A DNA stretch of 64,000 bases from Octopus sinensis (Eukaryota), in assembly GCF_006345805.1 (NCBI RefSeq), contig NC_043005.1, positions 90,334,001-90,398,000 on the forward strand, given 5' to 3'. How positions within the stretch are numbered: the stretch's first letter is position 1; every line of letters starts with the position of its first letter. This document shows, piece by piece, positions 10,800-24,504 of this stretch. Both the position numbers and the translations under genes were made by a program. The notes beneath the pieces were generated by a model, which was given only the letters and a program-made list of their open reading frames with translations, was not told where the DNA came from and did not search any database.

Positions 10800-11250
10800 A
10801 GACCCTTTTGATACCAAACCCCCTGAGATCCCTTTAATACTAATCCTCCTGAGATATATCCTAGATCATTGATAGAAACTTCCTGCTTTAAAGTGATCTA
10901 AATTAAAATCTCATTCAAAATTCAATGTTAATTTATGTTCTAAACACCGGTTTCATAGTGGCAAACTTATTTTCCTAAATTCCCCATTGTATCCAAAATT
11001 AATTAAAGCAAATGCAGTGTATTTCAACAGAAATATAGAAACAATAGGATTAATAATGACCAATTTATTTGACTAAATTCTTCGTTATTTTCAAAATCAA
11101 TTAAAATAGAGGCAGTGTATTTCAGTATAAATATGGTAATGAAAGGATTAATATTGTCAAAGTTATTTTACTAAATTTCTTGTTATTTTCAAATTAATTG
11201 AAACAATAGAACTGTATTTCAACAGAAATACTGTAACGAATGGATTTATT
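10800..11250 (+). mobile_element. piggyBac-like MITE plus two tandem extra right-end segments
   Basis: CCCTTTTGATACC left end; about 95-bp segment (GACAAAGTTATTTT..CAGTGTATTTCAACAGAAATAT..GGATTAA) occurs three times. Confidence 0.6.
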
Positions 11251-11666
11251 GGTCTAAATGAGTTATTTAAAGTAAAAAACTAATGAATAAATTTTTTAAT
11301 TGAATCTCAATTTTAGGACTAAACATCAAAAAGCAAAATTCAAATTCAGTAGGACTATATGACCATATGAAAATATTATAAGAAAATAGGTAATTAATCA
11401 ATAATAATTTATTAATTACTTCTCTACTTTCTTATCTTATTATAATAAATGAAATATATATAAACCATGGTTTATATAGTTACTTTGTAGTTGAGTATTA
11501 ATTGTAATGTTCAACATTCTTTGTATAGGTAACTAACCAGTAATTTCATAGGATTTTGCTATCCCTTAATGAGGTCTTGTAACCTTTATTTGTACATATG
11601 AAAATATACATACATACATATACATACACACACACTCACACACACACATATGTGTGTGTGTATATG

Positions 11667-11700
<34 letters not shown>

Positions 11701-11831
11701 AGTGTATATTTATATATATATGTGTGTGTATGTATATATATGTGCGTGTGTGTATATATGTGCGTGTGTGTATATAATGTGTGTATGTATGTATGTGTGT
11801 GTGTGTATATATGTGTATGTGTGTATAAGCA

Positions 11832-12205
11832 CAGGTATGGTTGAGTGGTTAGAAGTTTACTTCCCAACCACATGGTTCCAGGTTCAGTCCCACTGCGTGA
11901 GACCCTGTACAGGTGTCTTCTACTATAGCCTCAGGAGGACCAAAGCTTTGTGAGTGAATTTGGTTGGTGGAAACTGAAAGAAGCTCATCATATGTATGTG
12001 TTTGTGTTTGTTACTCCCCCTCCCCACCACCTGACGACCAGTGTCGATTTGCCTATGTCTCCATAGCATAGCATTCAGCAAAAGAGACTGACAGAGTAGG
12101 TACCAGTCTTTAAAAAAATCAGTGCCAGGGTTGATTTGTTTGTCTAAAACCTTTTCAAAGCGGTGCTCCAGCATGGCCTCAGCCTAATGACTGAAACATT
12201 AAAAC
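11832..12205 (+). mobile_element. SINE family A1
   Basis: Head, body and tail colinear with 24505-24912. Confidence 0.85.
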
Positions 12206-14111
12206 AGGTAGAAGATAAAAGATATATTGATCAACATTGACCATATGTATGTGTAGGGCTGGGCATGATTTTTGGAGGAAGACTAGTAGTTGCCCATGTA
12301 TGTATGTGCTCCCTTTTCACAACGCTGATGTTTATCTGAGACAAAGGCCACCAACCTGAGTAGGCACAACTTGGCACCATGGTCCTTTCAGGTTTTAAAA
12401 GAGACTGCAAAGTATCTTGCCAGACCCTCAACAATTCTGCCAATCCACTATCATGGCTTGATACTTTTTTTGTCAACCCTGAAAGGATGAAATGTAATAT
12501 TGACTTCTGTGAGAACTGAACTCAGAGTGCAGAGGATCGGAACAAACATGTATTGTATTCAATGTTCTAACAGTTCTGACTAAATGAAAATGTTTTCATG
12601 TGTAGCTATGTGACCCCATGGTTTTATGGAACTCACCATCATCAATTGGTTAAATTTTTGGAGCCTCAAACAAATGCTTTGAGGTATTTGTTACAAATCA
12701 TTATGTGCTGAGTTCAAATCTCACCATGGTCAACTATACTTTTATTTTTTTTTTTTAGAATCACCAAGATAAAGTACTATTTGACTGCTGGGGTCAGTTT
12801 GGGGCCAGGTCAATTCTAGGATGCATGACATTCCTATAATATATCCAAGATGTAAATATAATGGAATTATAATAGCAGACTTAGACATTTACTGACAGAA
12901 ATGTTTGTAACTACTTCTCCAAGAAGTAGAAACCATCGAATCATATTGTACTGTTTTAATAAAAGGAAGGAGACATTAGATGATGTAGTCCTAGATACAT
13001 TTGCCTGACAAAAACCCAAAAAAGACTGAATGGTTAAAGCTGGAACATCTTTGATTATAGTCTGGCCTGGAGTTAAACATAGATGAATCTCTGTCATACA
13101 ATACAAATTTGATATAAAAAGGTTTTGTTTTCTTTTAGAATATCTATATTAGAACTTTCAAGGAAAAGGTCAAGATGTCAAATTCAGAATCAGTTAAATG
13201 AAGTTACATATGTATCCCATTACCAAATTTTAATTATTCCTTTCATAAAATGATGTCTTACAAATTAAGATGTTTGCTGAAAAGATAACAAGCTATTATA
13301 TACATACATATATTATATATTATATATATACATATACTAATTTATAAGTCAAATAATGAAATCTTTGTTTATTGGAATTTGAAAATGTTACCATAAACAA
13401 GCCTGCATTTCATTATATAAGTCACATTGGACTCTGATATTTCATCCAAGATATTAAACTGTACGGTTATTCTTCTTTGTTCTCGAATCTCTTAGATAGC
13501 TTTGTTATAGTCTTATCTACTATTTTTCACTGTTCTGTGTTGTCGACTTATAACTTGATAAATTTCTTCAACAGACTACGTTCAACACGAAGTAACAAGA
13601 CAATATTTATTTGAGCACGTTCTTATTCGTTCATAATGATTCCAATTTTGGTTATAGTGGTGATAGAATTGGTTCAACAAGGATACACTGAATGCCTTTG
13701 TTCCATCACAGGCACATGAAGACTTAATCTATCATCATCATCATCATCAACTTTTCCATACTTGCATGGGTTGGATGGAATTCGTTGAGGTGGATTTTCT
13801 ATGTTCAGATGCCCTTCCTGTCATCAACCCTCGTTTGTTTCCAAATAAGGTAATACTTCCCTCACAGTCAAACAGGGAAGACTGAAAACAAAGAACACTT
13901 ATTCATATGACAGCGACACTTATTTACAACTCTCAATGTTAAGACAGGGAAACGCTCACACTCATCCATACATACATACATACATATATTGTACATACAT
14001 GCATGATGATAATTGCATATATATATATACACACGTGTGTGTGTGTGTGTGTGTGTATACAGGGGTTGGACAAAATAATGGAAACACTTTAAAATTTCAA
14101 ACAAATTTATT

Positions 14112-15362
14112 TTAATATGGAATAGGACCACTTTTGGCAGTAATTACAGCTTGAATTCTATGAGGTATGGACTCGTAAAAAGTTTGAATTGTTTCCAAAA
14201 GAATTTTTGTCCATTCTTCAGCTAAAACAATCTCCAGTTCTTGTAATGATGATGGTGGAGGATATCGATTCCTTACTTGTTTTTCTAAAACGCACCATAA
14301 ATGTTTAATAATATTGAGATCTGGGGTCAGTGGTGGCCACATAAGATGTTCACTTGAATGTTCCTCGTGCCATTCAGCTACAATTTTAGCTGTGGGAATT
14401 TGTGCCTTATCATCTTGAAAGATTGTGTTTTCCTCCAGAAACAATTCTGCAACCATAAGATGAATTTGATCAGATAAAATGCTTAAATAATGTTGATTAT
14501 TAATTCTGCCACTAAGGGAAACCATTGGGCCAGTGGATTTCCAAGATATAGCCCCCACCCACTCCAATCATCACAGATCCTGCTCTATGTTTAACCCTTT
14601 CGTTACTGTATTTATTTTGAGATACTCTGTGTTTCTTTCAATTACTTTAAATATAACAAAAGAATTTAGTAAAATAACTCAGTTATCATTCAGCTAGTGT
14701 TAGGAACATAAATTGTGAGTAAAGTTTGGTGGAAGATTTTAATTCAAAACTTATGAAAACAAGGCATTTGTACTCAGAGCCAGAGATGGTTTCAGCCAAG
14801 TTGGTAACGAAAGGGTTAACAGTTGGCAGAAGGCAGTCTGGGTCAAATGCTTCTTTTGGCTATTGTATACTCATCCAGTGGTCGAAAATAAGGTAAAGGA
14901 TGACTCGTCCAAGAAAATAACATTATTCCACTGCTCTAGGGATCAATTCTGTAGGTTTTTACTCCACTCTAAATGTTTTACAACATTTGTTTTTGGAAGT
15001 AGTGGTTTTCTGATTGAATGACTCTTGTGAAATCCGGCTTTGTGCAGCTCCCGGCGAACAGTTTTTGTGGAAACTGGGTTCTCAAGGTGGTCATGAAGCA
15101 CTGCAGTAATTTTGAGAGCTGTACTTTTGTGATTCTTTCTTATAGTTTGCTTAAGAGTCTGACGGTCCCTATCTGAAAGTTTTGGTTTTCTTCCGGAGTT
15201 TTGTTTCGACAAGGAGGTTTTTCTCTCTTTCTCAAAGGCTGTCATTACTTTTGAGACAGTACCTCTTGATACACCAAACGTTTCAGCTGTTTTCATTATG
15301 CTAGCGCCTACAATACGAGCACCAACAATTTGACCTCTTTGAAAGTCTGATAGCTCTGTCAT
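14112..15362 (-). pseudogene. Tc1 DD34E transposase pseudogene
   Basis: N-terminal HTH MTELSDFQRGQIVG..GVSRGTVS..GRKPKLS; VIFLDESSF; PTVKH; FQDDKA; DLNIIKHLW (catalytic E replaced by K); stops, frameshifts and MITE insertion. Confidence 0.9.
14595..14815. mobile_element. piggyBac-like MITE inserted in the Tc1 transposase
   Basis: TTAA CCCTTTCGTTAC ... GTAACGAAAGGG TTAA; duplicated TTAA falls in the ACT GTT AAA CAT (TVKH) codons. Confidence 0.9.
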
Positions 15363-16507
15363 TTTAATGAATTTTAATTATCTTTTTCTGATGATATCTG
15401 AAAAGAAACAGCAATTTTAGCAAAACATATTAAGCAACACTTATAATGAATAAAAAAATATAAAAATAAACAAGCTTTTGACGATTTTATAGATATTTCA
15501 AAATTATAATGCTATGATGCTAGGAGTTTCTATTATTTTGCCCAAATCCTGTATATATATGTGTGTGTGTGTGTATAAAACAGAGTTATTAGTGAGGGAT
15601 TATTAATCTGGGCATATATATAAGCTCTCTGTCAGTACACCAGGCAAATAATGTTTTATTAGTAAAGAATTCCACGTATCCTTGAGGTGATGTCTGAGGT
15701 TATAGTTCATCACCATTCTAGGTTTTAAGTCCATGGTTGTGCTCCAGATATATTGGTTTCTACATGGTACCTTGTCTTGTGTGTGTGTGTGTGTGTATTA
15801 CACACATACACATACACAAGTGCACACACATTCACACTTTCAGTTTCTGTCTACCAAATCCACTTTTAGCGTTTTCTGAATGGCTCAGGAAGACCCTAGT
15901 TTATGTGGTAAACCTGGGGTTTATACTGATGACCCTTTCCTACACATGGTACCCATTTAAAACTATAGATCATGGCAGGGACTGTTAAATATTTTTATCA
16001 TAGATATAACATGACATTAGTGAATACCAACTACCAATACTTTGGTTGTTTAATTCCTTACTGACCCAGCCATCTGGGATTCTACAAGCCTTTTTTTTTT
16101 TTGGCCTTTTTTCAGGAACTTTCTCATCATTTTTAGATTAGCTTTTGAGTTTTTATTTTATTTTAGTGTGGTTTAGTTTTTGTATGCTGAAAGGCATGAC
16201 TCTGCTTAACAACTGTCTGGTGTTCTGTAATACCATTGTGATGGTTAGAGTTGGAGGCAGACTCTCAGCAAGTTAAGGTCATGACCTAATTTAAATTCTT
16301 CCTGGTAATCTGTATTTTATGGTACTTAGTTGTTAATGCATTAAAAAAAAAAAAGAAAGCAAGAAAAACTCTTCTTCTGTAACCAGTTGCTTATTCATTA
16401 CATTCTTGTGTCTAGCATATATTCTTTCTTCAACAAACATCTTACTTCGTAAGCCACCATTTTATGAAGGTAGAGATGAAATAATGATAATGATGATGAT
16501 GATGATG

Positions 16508-16548
<41 letters not shown>

Positions 16549-16550
<2 letters not shown>

Positions 16551-17010
16551 CTTCCAGACAGATAGGGTGCTAGAGTATCAAAGGCCAGATATAGTAACGT
16601 TTAGGAGGGACAAACAAGAGTGCCTAATAACTGATGTGGCAGTGCCAGGAGATCAACATATTATCATGAAAGAAGGAGAAAAGATTGATGAATATGGGGA
16701 CCTGAGAATTGAGATTTTCAAGGATGTAGCAGCTGCGAGAGTGAAACATAAGGGTTGTCCCTGTTGTCATCGGAGCATTGGGTTCAATACCACCCAACCT
16801 GAAGAAGCATCTGGGAACTTTAGAAATACCTTACAATCTAGGCGTATTGCAAAAATTGACATTTTTTGGAACTGCACACATATTGCATAAAGTACAGTCT
16901 GTCTGAGGTACTTGTTGTGACTTGACAGAGTACAAGCCCCAGGTAGACATAATATCTCTAATCAACAACATCACAATATCTGATGCTGTGCGACTTCTTA
17001 AATAATAATA
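16549..17010 (+). mobile_element. R4/Dong-like LINE 3' fragment with RLE endonuclease domain
   Basis: NFQTDRVLEYQRPDIV..CLITDVAVPGD..EKIDEYGDLRIEI then, after a frameshift, KVVPVVIGALGSIPPNLKKHLGTL..FGTAHILHKV; (AAT)n on both sides. Confidence 0.88.
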
Positions 17011-18022
17011 TTAATTCTTTCTTTGAAAGACACAAGTCCTGAAATTTTGGAGAAGGGAGCTTGTTGATTACATCGATCCCAGTGCACAACTGGTACTTAC
17101 TCTATTGACCCCTAAAAGATGAAAGACAATGTTGAAAAAATAATAATAATATTTGTATAAACTTTTTCACAGGACCAGCAATTTTTAGTGGGAGGATGTT
17201 AATTAATCACATTGACCCCTATACTTGATTGGTACTTTATTTTATCAATAACCCCCACCCCACAAAGGATGGAAAGCTAAGTTGACCTCAGCAGGATTTG
17301 AACTCAGAACATAAAGAGCCAGAAGAAATACCACGTTATATTTTCTCTGATGTTCTAATGATTTTGTGAATCAATTAAAATTTACTAACGAGAGACATTA
17401 ATAACTTGAATTTCAAAACCTATGACTTAACCCATTTCATTGATTAGATTTACTTTTATTTTTATGTTCACATATCAGAACCCTTTAGTTTGGTTGGGAA
17501 ATATTATAGTCTGTTAGGCTGATAGGAGTCCCTAGGTGATGTAACAGGGTTTAAGGAGGAGCTGGGGGTCAAGTTTTGTCATACTTTTATTCCTAAATAC
17601 ACAAAAGCAATTAAAATGCTTCAAAGTAGATGTAAAGCAATTCATTTTCTAGAGTTGTGATTCTTAAAACCAGGTGCTATTTCCTCCCCACCACCAACAC
17701 CACCGCCGCCACTTTCCTACACTCACTCGGGAGGAATGGTAGTGAGATTGCTTTAAGAAGATGGTTTTCCTTTCTAATTAGTGAGGGTATTCTTCAGAGA
17801 TTGTTGGGTTTATTGTTAGCATTTTAAAATTCCTTGTATTATTGTTATCTTCCGTAGTTTTGTGTGAGTCACTTTTCTGGGTAATGTCAAAGTGGGAGAA
17901 AAATCTGGTGATGAGAGATGTCAATGTAGACATGGGTGGTGGTGGTGGTGGCAAAGGAGAAGAGACAAAAAAAAAGTAAAGAATCACTGTTTAACCCTTT
18001 TGTTGCCATATTTATTTTCATT

Positions 18023-18053
<31 letters not shown>

Positions 18054-18399
18054 CCATCATCATCATTTAACATCACTGATTTGGGCTTTTATCTTTTCAG
18101 GGTCAATAAAATAAATACCAGTTAAGCACTGGGGTCAATTAAAGTGACTTAGCGCACTCCCCCAAATTACTGGCCTGGTGCCAAAATTTGAAATCATTTT
18201 TAAGCTGAGGTTTGGTCTTAAGATTGCAGAATCGTTCAGACACTGAGCTAAATGCTTAGCAGCATTTTGTGCGTCTATGTTGTGAGTTCAAATTTCACTG
18301 AAGTCGACTTTGCCTTTCATCCTGTTAGGGTTGAAAAAATAAGTACCAGTTAAGCACTTGCTCTCTCTCCTGAAACTTGCTGGCCTTGTGCCAAAATTT

Positions 18400-18755
18400 G
18401 AAACTGGATTGGTGCCCCCTGACTGGTTCTTGTGCCGGTGGCATGTAAAAAGCACCATCCGAATGTGGTCGATGCCAGGTCCGACTGACTGGTTCCCATG
18501 CCAGTGGTGCGTAAAAAGCACCAACTGATTGTGACCAATACCAATACTCCCTGACTGGCTCCCATGCTGGTGGCATGTAAAAAGCACCCACTACACTCTC
18601 AGAGCGGTTGGTGTTAGGAAGGGCATCCAGCTGTAGAAACTTTGCCAGATCAGATTGGAGTCTGGTGCAGCCACTGGCTCTCCAGACCTTAGTCAAACTG
18701 TCCAAACCATGCCAGCATGGGAAGCGGACATTAATTGATGATGATGATGATGATT
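18400..18755 (+). mobile_element. RTE 3'UTR fragment (family C) following a SINE B
   Basis: Three GGTGGCATGTAAAAAGCACC-type modules, GGAAGGGCATCCAGCTGTAG, (ATG)n tail. Confidence 0.82.
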
Positions 18756-19148
18756 AAGCTGGTGTTTGGAACATAAGTTAGCATGAAATTTTGATGAAAA
18801 GTTTTAACTTAGGTCACTTTAATTTAGGCCAAAGTTTTATGAGTGGATTTGGTTGACAGAAACTGAAAAAAGTCCATTGTGTGTGTGTGTGTGTGTGTGT
18901 AAAATTTAAATAATCAGAAAATAGAGAAAACTTTTGATCAACAATGAAACAAATTGAACCACATCGGTTGACTATTTTTTAATACAAAGACATGTTTATC
19001 CTGTTGTTACCTGTCCCCTATGAGCATGGTTTGCCTGCATACCTATACCCAGGGACAGAACAGGTAATTGATACTCATAATAAATATCGATACTATTATC
19101 CCTTAGTTGGTTACCACAACTGCTAACTCTGCTTTCCTACATATATAT

Positions 19149-19344
19149 ATATATCTGTAAATATAATATGTGACAATTATTCAGTAGCCAAGATAAAACT
19201 CTGAGTTTCAGATGCCGAGGTGGAAGAAACTCAGAGTTTTATCTTGGCTACCGAATAATTGTCACATATTATATTTACAGATAAATTCCTCTATTTACAT
19301 AATATTGAGGCCTCTTTCTTTCTTTTGTTATCTTACCGTTTTTA

Positions 19345-19348
<4 letters not shown>
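19149..19348. mobile_element. F1 repeat as a near-perfect fold-back in (TA)n
   Basis: About 57-bp arms ATCTGTAAATATAATATG..GAGTTTC / GAAACTC..TTTACAGAT, 16-nt loop, one mismatch seen; both arms carry the hammerhead 3' half GAAACTCAGAGTT. Confidence 0.8.
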
Positions 19349-19384
<36 letters not shown>

Positions 19385-20019
19385 TATACACACACATACA
19401 TATATACATTTGGGATACATATACATTTGTTCTCAATGTTATGTCAGCCTTTGAATTACTAAACCTGTTATTGGTCTTCTGTATATTTGCATTGTTATTG
19501 TTGTTGTTGTTAATGCTGTTGTTGTTGTTGCAATAAGTGAAGGTGAAGGCTGCATTGGTAAAGCTTGAACTCGATGCCTTGTAGTATTTGGTGCTGTTTT
19601 AAATGTTCTGAAGTCAGCATCCTGCTGAGCTTTGCATTAGGAATTTTTTGTATCCTTTCCAGAATTGATAAAACACATAATGGGACTAATTTTACTCACT
19701 ATCTCTTCTAAAAATCAGAATTGATAATAATGATAATAATAATAATAGTTTCAAATTTTGCCACAAGGGCAGGTATTTTGGGGGAGGGGATGTGTTGATT
19801 ACATCAGCCCCAGTGTTTCACTAGTACTTAATTTATCGACCGCAAAAGGATGAAAAGCAGGGTCGACCTCAACGAAATTTGAACTCAGAATGTAACGGAA
19901 GATGAAATACTGCTAAACATTTTGCCTGGCATGCTAACAATTCTGCCAGCTCACTGCCTTAATAATAATAATAATAATAAAAATGATGATGATGATGATG
20001 ATCATCATCATCATCATAA

Positions 20020-20300
20020 TGAGTTTATTATATATCAGTGCTCAGGTGCACAGCAATGCATCAGGAAAAGGGGTCAGAAAGCAGCAGTAAGTGAATTAGA
20101 AAAGTGAACAGTAAAAGAGCTATAAAGGGGAGAGGGTGCACAGACATGTCGGGAGCAGTGTTGGTTGGCAGATTAGGGAAGCATAGAATTTTTGTAAATG
20201 TTTTAATGTAAGAAATCAGTATTTTAAGTGAAAGAAGGGATAAATCATGATTTTTTTGTTAAATTGTTTGGCACTCAATGATCATATAACATCTGAAATT
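20020..20300 (-). mobile_element. LINE 3' end (CR1/L2-like) with GTGCACCTGAGCACTG tail
   Basis: Tail shared with 22160-22415, 23080-23470, 43177-43215 and 53025-53070; remnant YKNSMLP..LPDMSV reading. Confidence 0.5.
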
Positions 20301-20611
20301 TTCATTTGAAGAATCTCGCTTGGATACACATAAATGTTAAGAATTAAGAACTGAGGTATGTCAGTGCAGTGTACAAGCGACAAACTAGAAGCGAACAATT
20401 TGAGTAGATCATAATATATAATATATTATATTCAGAAATGAGTTTGCCTGATGCCTACCTTAGACACGAGGGTAGCTTTTATTTTCAATGTCACTAATGG
20501 AAAATGGACAGATCTTATTTAGCTCAAGTATTTAAACATCTGTGTTTGATAGACATGTTTAAATTTGCCACATCACATAAGTTGTCGCTTTTTCTCTTAA
20601 ATATGTATGTA

Positions 20612-20651
<40 letters not shown>

Positions 20652-20987
20652 ACTATATATATTTGTAACTATATAAATATTAATATAGATATACACACAC
20701 ACATACACACCCATACATATATGTATATACACATGTATATATATAATGTTTTCTGTTGTTAATAAGTGTCATATTTTGTTTCATTCTTCTTATTTTTTTT
20801 GGGTGTTTTGCAGTTTTGTTTTTGTAATTATTTTTACAGCTGGGTGCATATTATTTTTTCTTGTTAAGCACCCCAGTGTAAAAGCAGAAGTGCTGCCTCC
20901 ATGTTAGACCAGAAAACTGAAGGAAATAAATTTTTGTACTTTTGAGAAGAGTACCACTCAATACCTTTCGTTGTAGTAGCAGAAGTG

Positions 20988-21026
<39 letters not shown>

Positions 21027-22159
21027 ATAAAGTTTGAATATGTGACAGTAAGGTTCAGTAATCCAATAACTTAACCTTATAAGTGATTGACTTGAATGTC
21101 AATATAGACTAGGAAATATATGAAATATAGACTAGGAAAGCACGTGCACACACACACACATATATATATACACACCACACCACCTCTAAATTATGCATGT
21201 GTGTGTGTTGGATTGAGGACTGATGAGAAAATGTTTTAGACTATTTTTTCTTTCATTCCAGTGATTGAATTGATAGCAGGAATTAAATATTAGCAACTAA
21301 CCCTTGGGTCCCTTAACTAGAGTCTACTCTGTTGCAAGCATTTAACCCAGGGTCCCTATTTGGAGAATACCATTCTCCTTCCCAGCTCATAGATACTGAC
21401 TTTTCTATGGCTAACTACTTTCCAGAGTGTATTGTTTGCTGTTTGTTTCCTTGGTACCAGCACTTGTGGGATCACCAAGTAACTTGCAAGACAAAAGAAA
21501 AAGACCCTCAACTGAGTGGGGTTATTGTACAAAAGAAATGGGCTTAATGCCTGGTTTCAAGGGGCTAAAGTATGAATGAGGGACAAGCACAGGTGTCTTG
21601 TTGTAGGGGAGATATATGGCTAACCTGCAAGATACATGTCTACCAAGGTATATTGTTTAGACTGAACTATAGCTCTCATCTATTAAATGTCATAAACCTC
21701 TCAGAAATGTACCCCCCTCTTCCCAAAGGGCTCTTAAGAGCTCCTTGATGGGGTGCTTCTGAGGTATTTACATTCATAATATCTATACTTCTTTGAATTG
21801 AGGCATGAAAAATGAGGTCTTTCAGGTTAGCCTGGTGCCCTATTCAGACTGAGAGATGCTTCTCATCTGTTAAAATGACATTAAACTGTATACAAGCCCC
21901 AACCAGCTCTTAAACGCCCCCTTAGGGGTACTTCCCAGACATTTTCATTCATAATATTTATGCTTCTGTGAGTCACAGCCTGAAAAATATCTTCACTGAA
22001 AGACTGGTTGTTCTATCCACGATGGCACTTTTACTTATCATTGCTGTCTTTATTTGACTTACTGCTGCTTTCTGTTCCTCTTTTACTCTTTTCTGATCAG
22101 CTGTATATACACCTAAATTATGTCTACAATAAATTAATTATTATTACAAAAGTAGCCAT

Positions 22160-22383
22160 TTAACTCTTGCTTCTAAAAAATCCATGCTTCCTGAAATTCA
22201 CCAACGCCACTGCATTTAAAGTACCTCTGCACTCTTTTTGCTGTTCACTCTTATGTCTGTCTGTGTTCTGTTCTCTCTACCATACACGTACTCCCAGGCT
22301 TCCTAGTTGCCATCTTCCTTTAATTGTTGTCTTCACGTATGGCATTCTTTCTATCCCTTCTTTTGCTCTTTTCCTGATGAACT

Positions 22384-22415
<32 letters not shown>
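22160..22415 (+). mobile_element. Same CR1/L2-like 3' end followed by (ATT)n
   Basis: CCATGCTTCCTGAAATTCACCAACG and TTTTCCTGATG match the reverse complements of the 23.4 kb and 20.07 kb copies. Confidence 0.45.
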
Positions 22416-22416
<1 letters not shown>

Positions 22417-22708
22417 TAAGTACATCTGGGTTTTTTCTGGTTTTGTTTTAATTTATATAGTTTAGTTAGATGTGGTCTGGCAAAGCTCATGATCTTTTTT
22501 ACCGGGCTTATTTGCTTAGCAGGCAAACAGAGACAAAAATTTTGATACCTTCAGACTAATGATTCATTCCAAATGAATACAACAGAATGGACTTTGCTAG
22601 GCACCCCAGTGCAATGTGCTGGTGTTAAAACCAGATAATGGATTATGGTATGTTAAGATCCATGAAATAATAATAATGATAATGATAATAATAATAATAA
22701 TGATGATG

Positions 22709-22747
<39 letters not shown>

Positions 22748-22751
22748 GTGG

Positions 22752-23045
22752 CAATTATTGTTGGGTCCTTGGTAACAGTATTAGGAGGCATCAAGAGGAA
22801 TATAAAAGAAATTGGAATAGAGTGCCCAGTAGAACTGTTACAAAAGGTTTGCCTCCTTGGTAGGGCCAGAATAAACAGGAAAGTATTAGATAGCTGAAAA
22901 GAACAAATAGCATGGTACTGTAGGCTGCAGTATTAAGTCCGCTATACATGCAAGACTCCAGGAGTTCCAACAAAACCTGTGACAAAAAGAAAATAATAAT
23001 AATAATAATAATAATGATATTGATGATGATTATGATGATGATTTC
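22752..23045 (+). mobile_element. R4/Dong-like LINE extreme 3' end in an (AAT/GAT)n tract
   Basis: IIVGSLVTVLGGIKRNIKEIGIECPVELLQKVCLLGRARINRKVLDS*, about 95-nt UTR, (AAT)n tail. Confidence 0.8.
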
Positions 23046-23079
23046 TTTTATTTGCCACCTGGGCGAAGATGAAGGGGAC

Positions 23080-23470
23080 AAATAATTATTGTATATAGTA
23101 CTCAGGTGTCCTCATTGGAAAAGGGTAAAAGAGGGATTAGGAAGCAGTAATAAGTTAAATAAAGAAAGCCAGCAATATCAACTGAAAGTACTTACCTAAT
23201 ACACAGAATAAGACAAAAAAACACAGAAAAGCGAAGTGCGGTAAAGCCATAAAGTGGAAAAGTTGTATAGGCATGTCAGGAGTACTATTGGCAAATTTAA
23301 AAAAACAAAGAATTTTTGCCATGTTTCAGTGTAAGAATTCATTATTTTGCGACCAATTCTATTCATTGTACTTTTCCCCTACAAATTTATAGACTTGTTT
23401 TTAATGTTTAAAACACATTAGTGGGTGGTGGTGAATTTCAGGGTGCATGGAATTTTTGAAGGATACATTG
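23080..23470 (-). mobile_element. CR1/L2-like 3' end
   Basis: TTATTGTATATAGTACTCAGGTGT is the reverse complement of the tail; body similar to 20020-20300. Confidence 0.45.
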
Positions 23471-24504
23471 TCCTGGCAGCTTCTAACTGACACGGGTAGT
23501 TTATTCTTCCATACTTCAGAAATGCTTCTGAGTGTAAAAAATAAAAATTTCCAAAAATCATGGGTGCCACACTTTTTTTTTTTTTAAGCACCATCCCTTG
23601 AAAAAAAAAAAAAAGAAGGAAAGAAAGAGAGACCCCGTATATAATATCTCCATGTCTACATGATATCTATGTGTCCTTGAATCCCAGCATGACGAGACGA
23701 AATAAAGGCAATGTCTCCAGTGGTTGTACCCAAACTTCCTAAGATATTGCTTACCTCGTCAAAATTAATTTCAATGAAATTGTTAATATTTTCATTTACT
23801 TTTCTTTTTTCCTTTTTGTTTATTTATTTTTTTGCATTTTTGGCATTTACTCACTGAAATAGCTTCTCCCCTCCTCCTCTTCTTCCCCCTCCTCCTCCCC
23901 TTATCATGTAAGGCATCTTAAGGGTATTTAAAACTAAAAGTTCTACTCCTTCACCTTTACCATCCCCTGCCCCCGCTCTCTCATGACACTGCCGGGGGGG
24001 GGGGGGGTAGTGCTTATCTTGTTACTTTGCAATTTACCATTAAAAATTAAAAAAAAGCAGAAAACATTTCCCCATTTTGGAGCTGAGTTGGGAAGAATTC
24101 CGATTAAAAGTGTTTTAAAGTCATCAGGTAATTTACTCTCACTGTATTTTATTTCCAAGTAAAACAAACACACACACACACACACACTGTTGTCTTCTGT
24201 CTTACCCTCTTTCTTATTATCTCTCTTTCTCACTTATCCATTCACTGTCTCTCCCCCTCTCTCTCTAACTAATCTTTCACTTTCTCTCTCTCTCTCTCTC
24301 TCTCTGTTCTTTCACTCTTTCTTACCCATACTTTCTCTTTTTCTTCTTCTCATTCTCACTTTCCACTCCTTCCTACCACTACCCCCCCACCTATTCTCTC
24401 TTATATTACTGTATCTGGTCAGCTGGCAAAAATGGCAAAGTATCTGTAATTCAAAGAGTCTGTTTGTCACATTCAGTGTCACACTGAATCTTCCTGAGAA
24501 CTGT

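Larger units (their letters stand above)
14060..15551 (-). mobile_element. Full-length inactive Tc1-family transposon
   Basis: Imperfect TIRs CAGGGGTTGGACAAAATAATGGAAACAC / CAGGATTTGGGCAAAATAATAGAAACTC, TA on both sides (14058-59, 15552-53); transposase pseudogene inside. Confidence 0.92.

Noticed and set aside
22601-22647. Plus-strand micro-exon APQCNVLVLKPDNGLW with GTATGT donor
   Set aside because: Weak acceptor; the stronger upstream acceptor (22554) gives stops in all frames; no recognised homology or partner exons.
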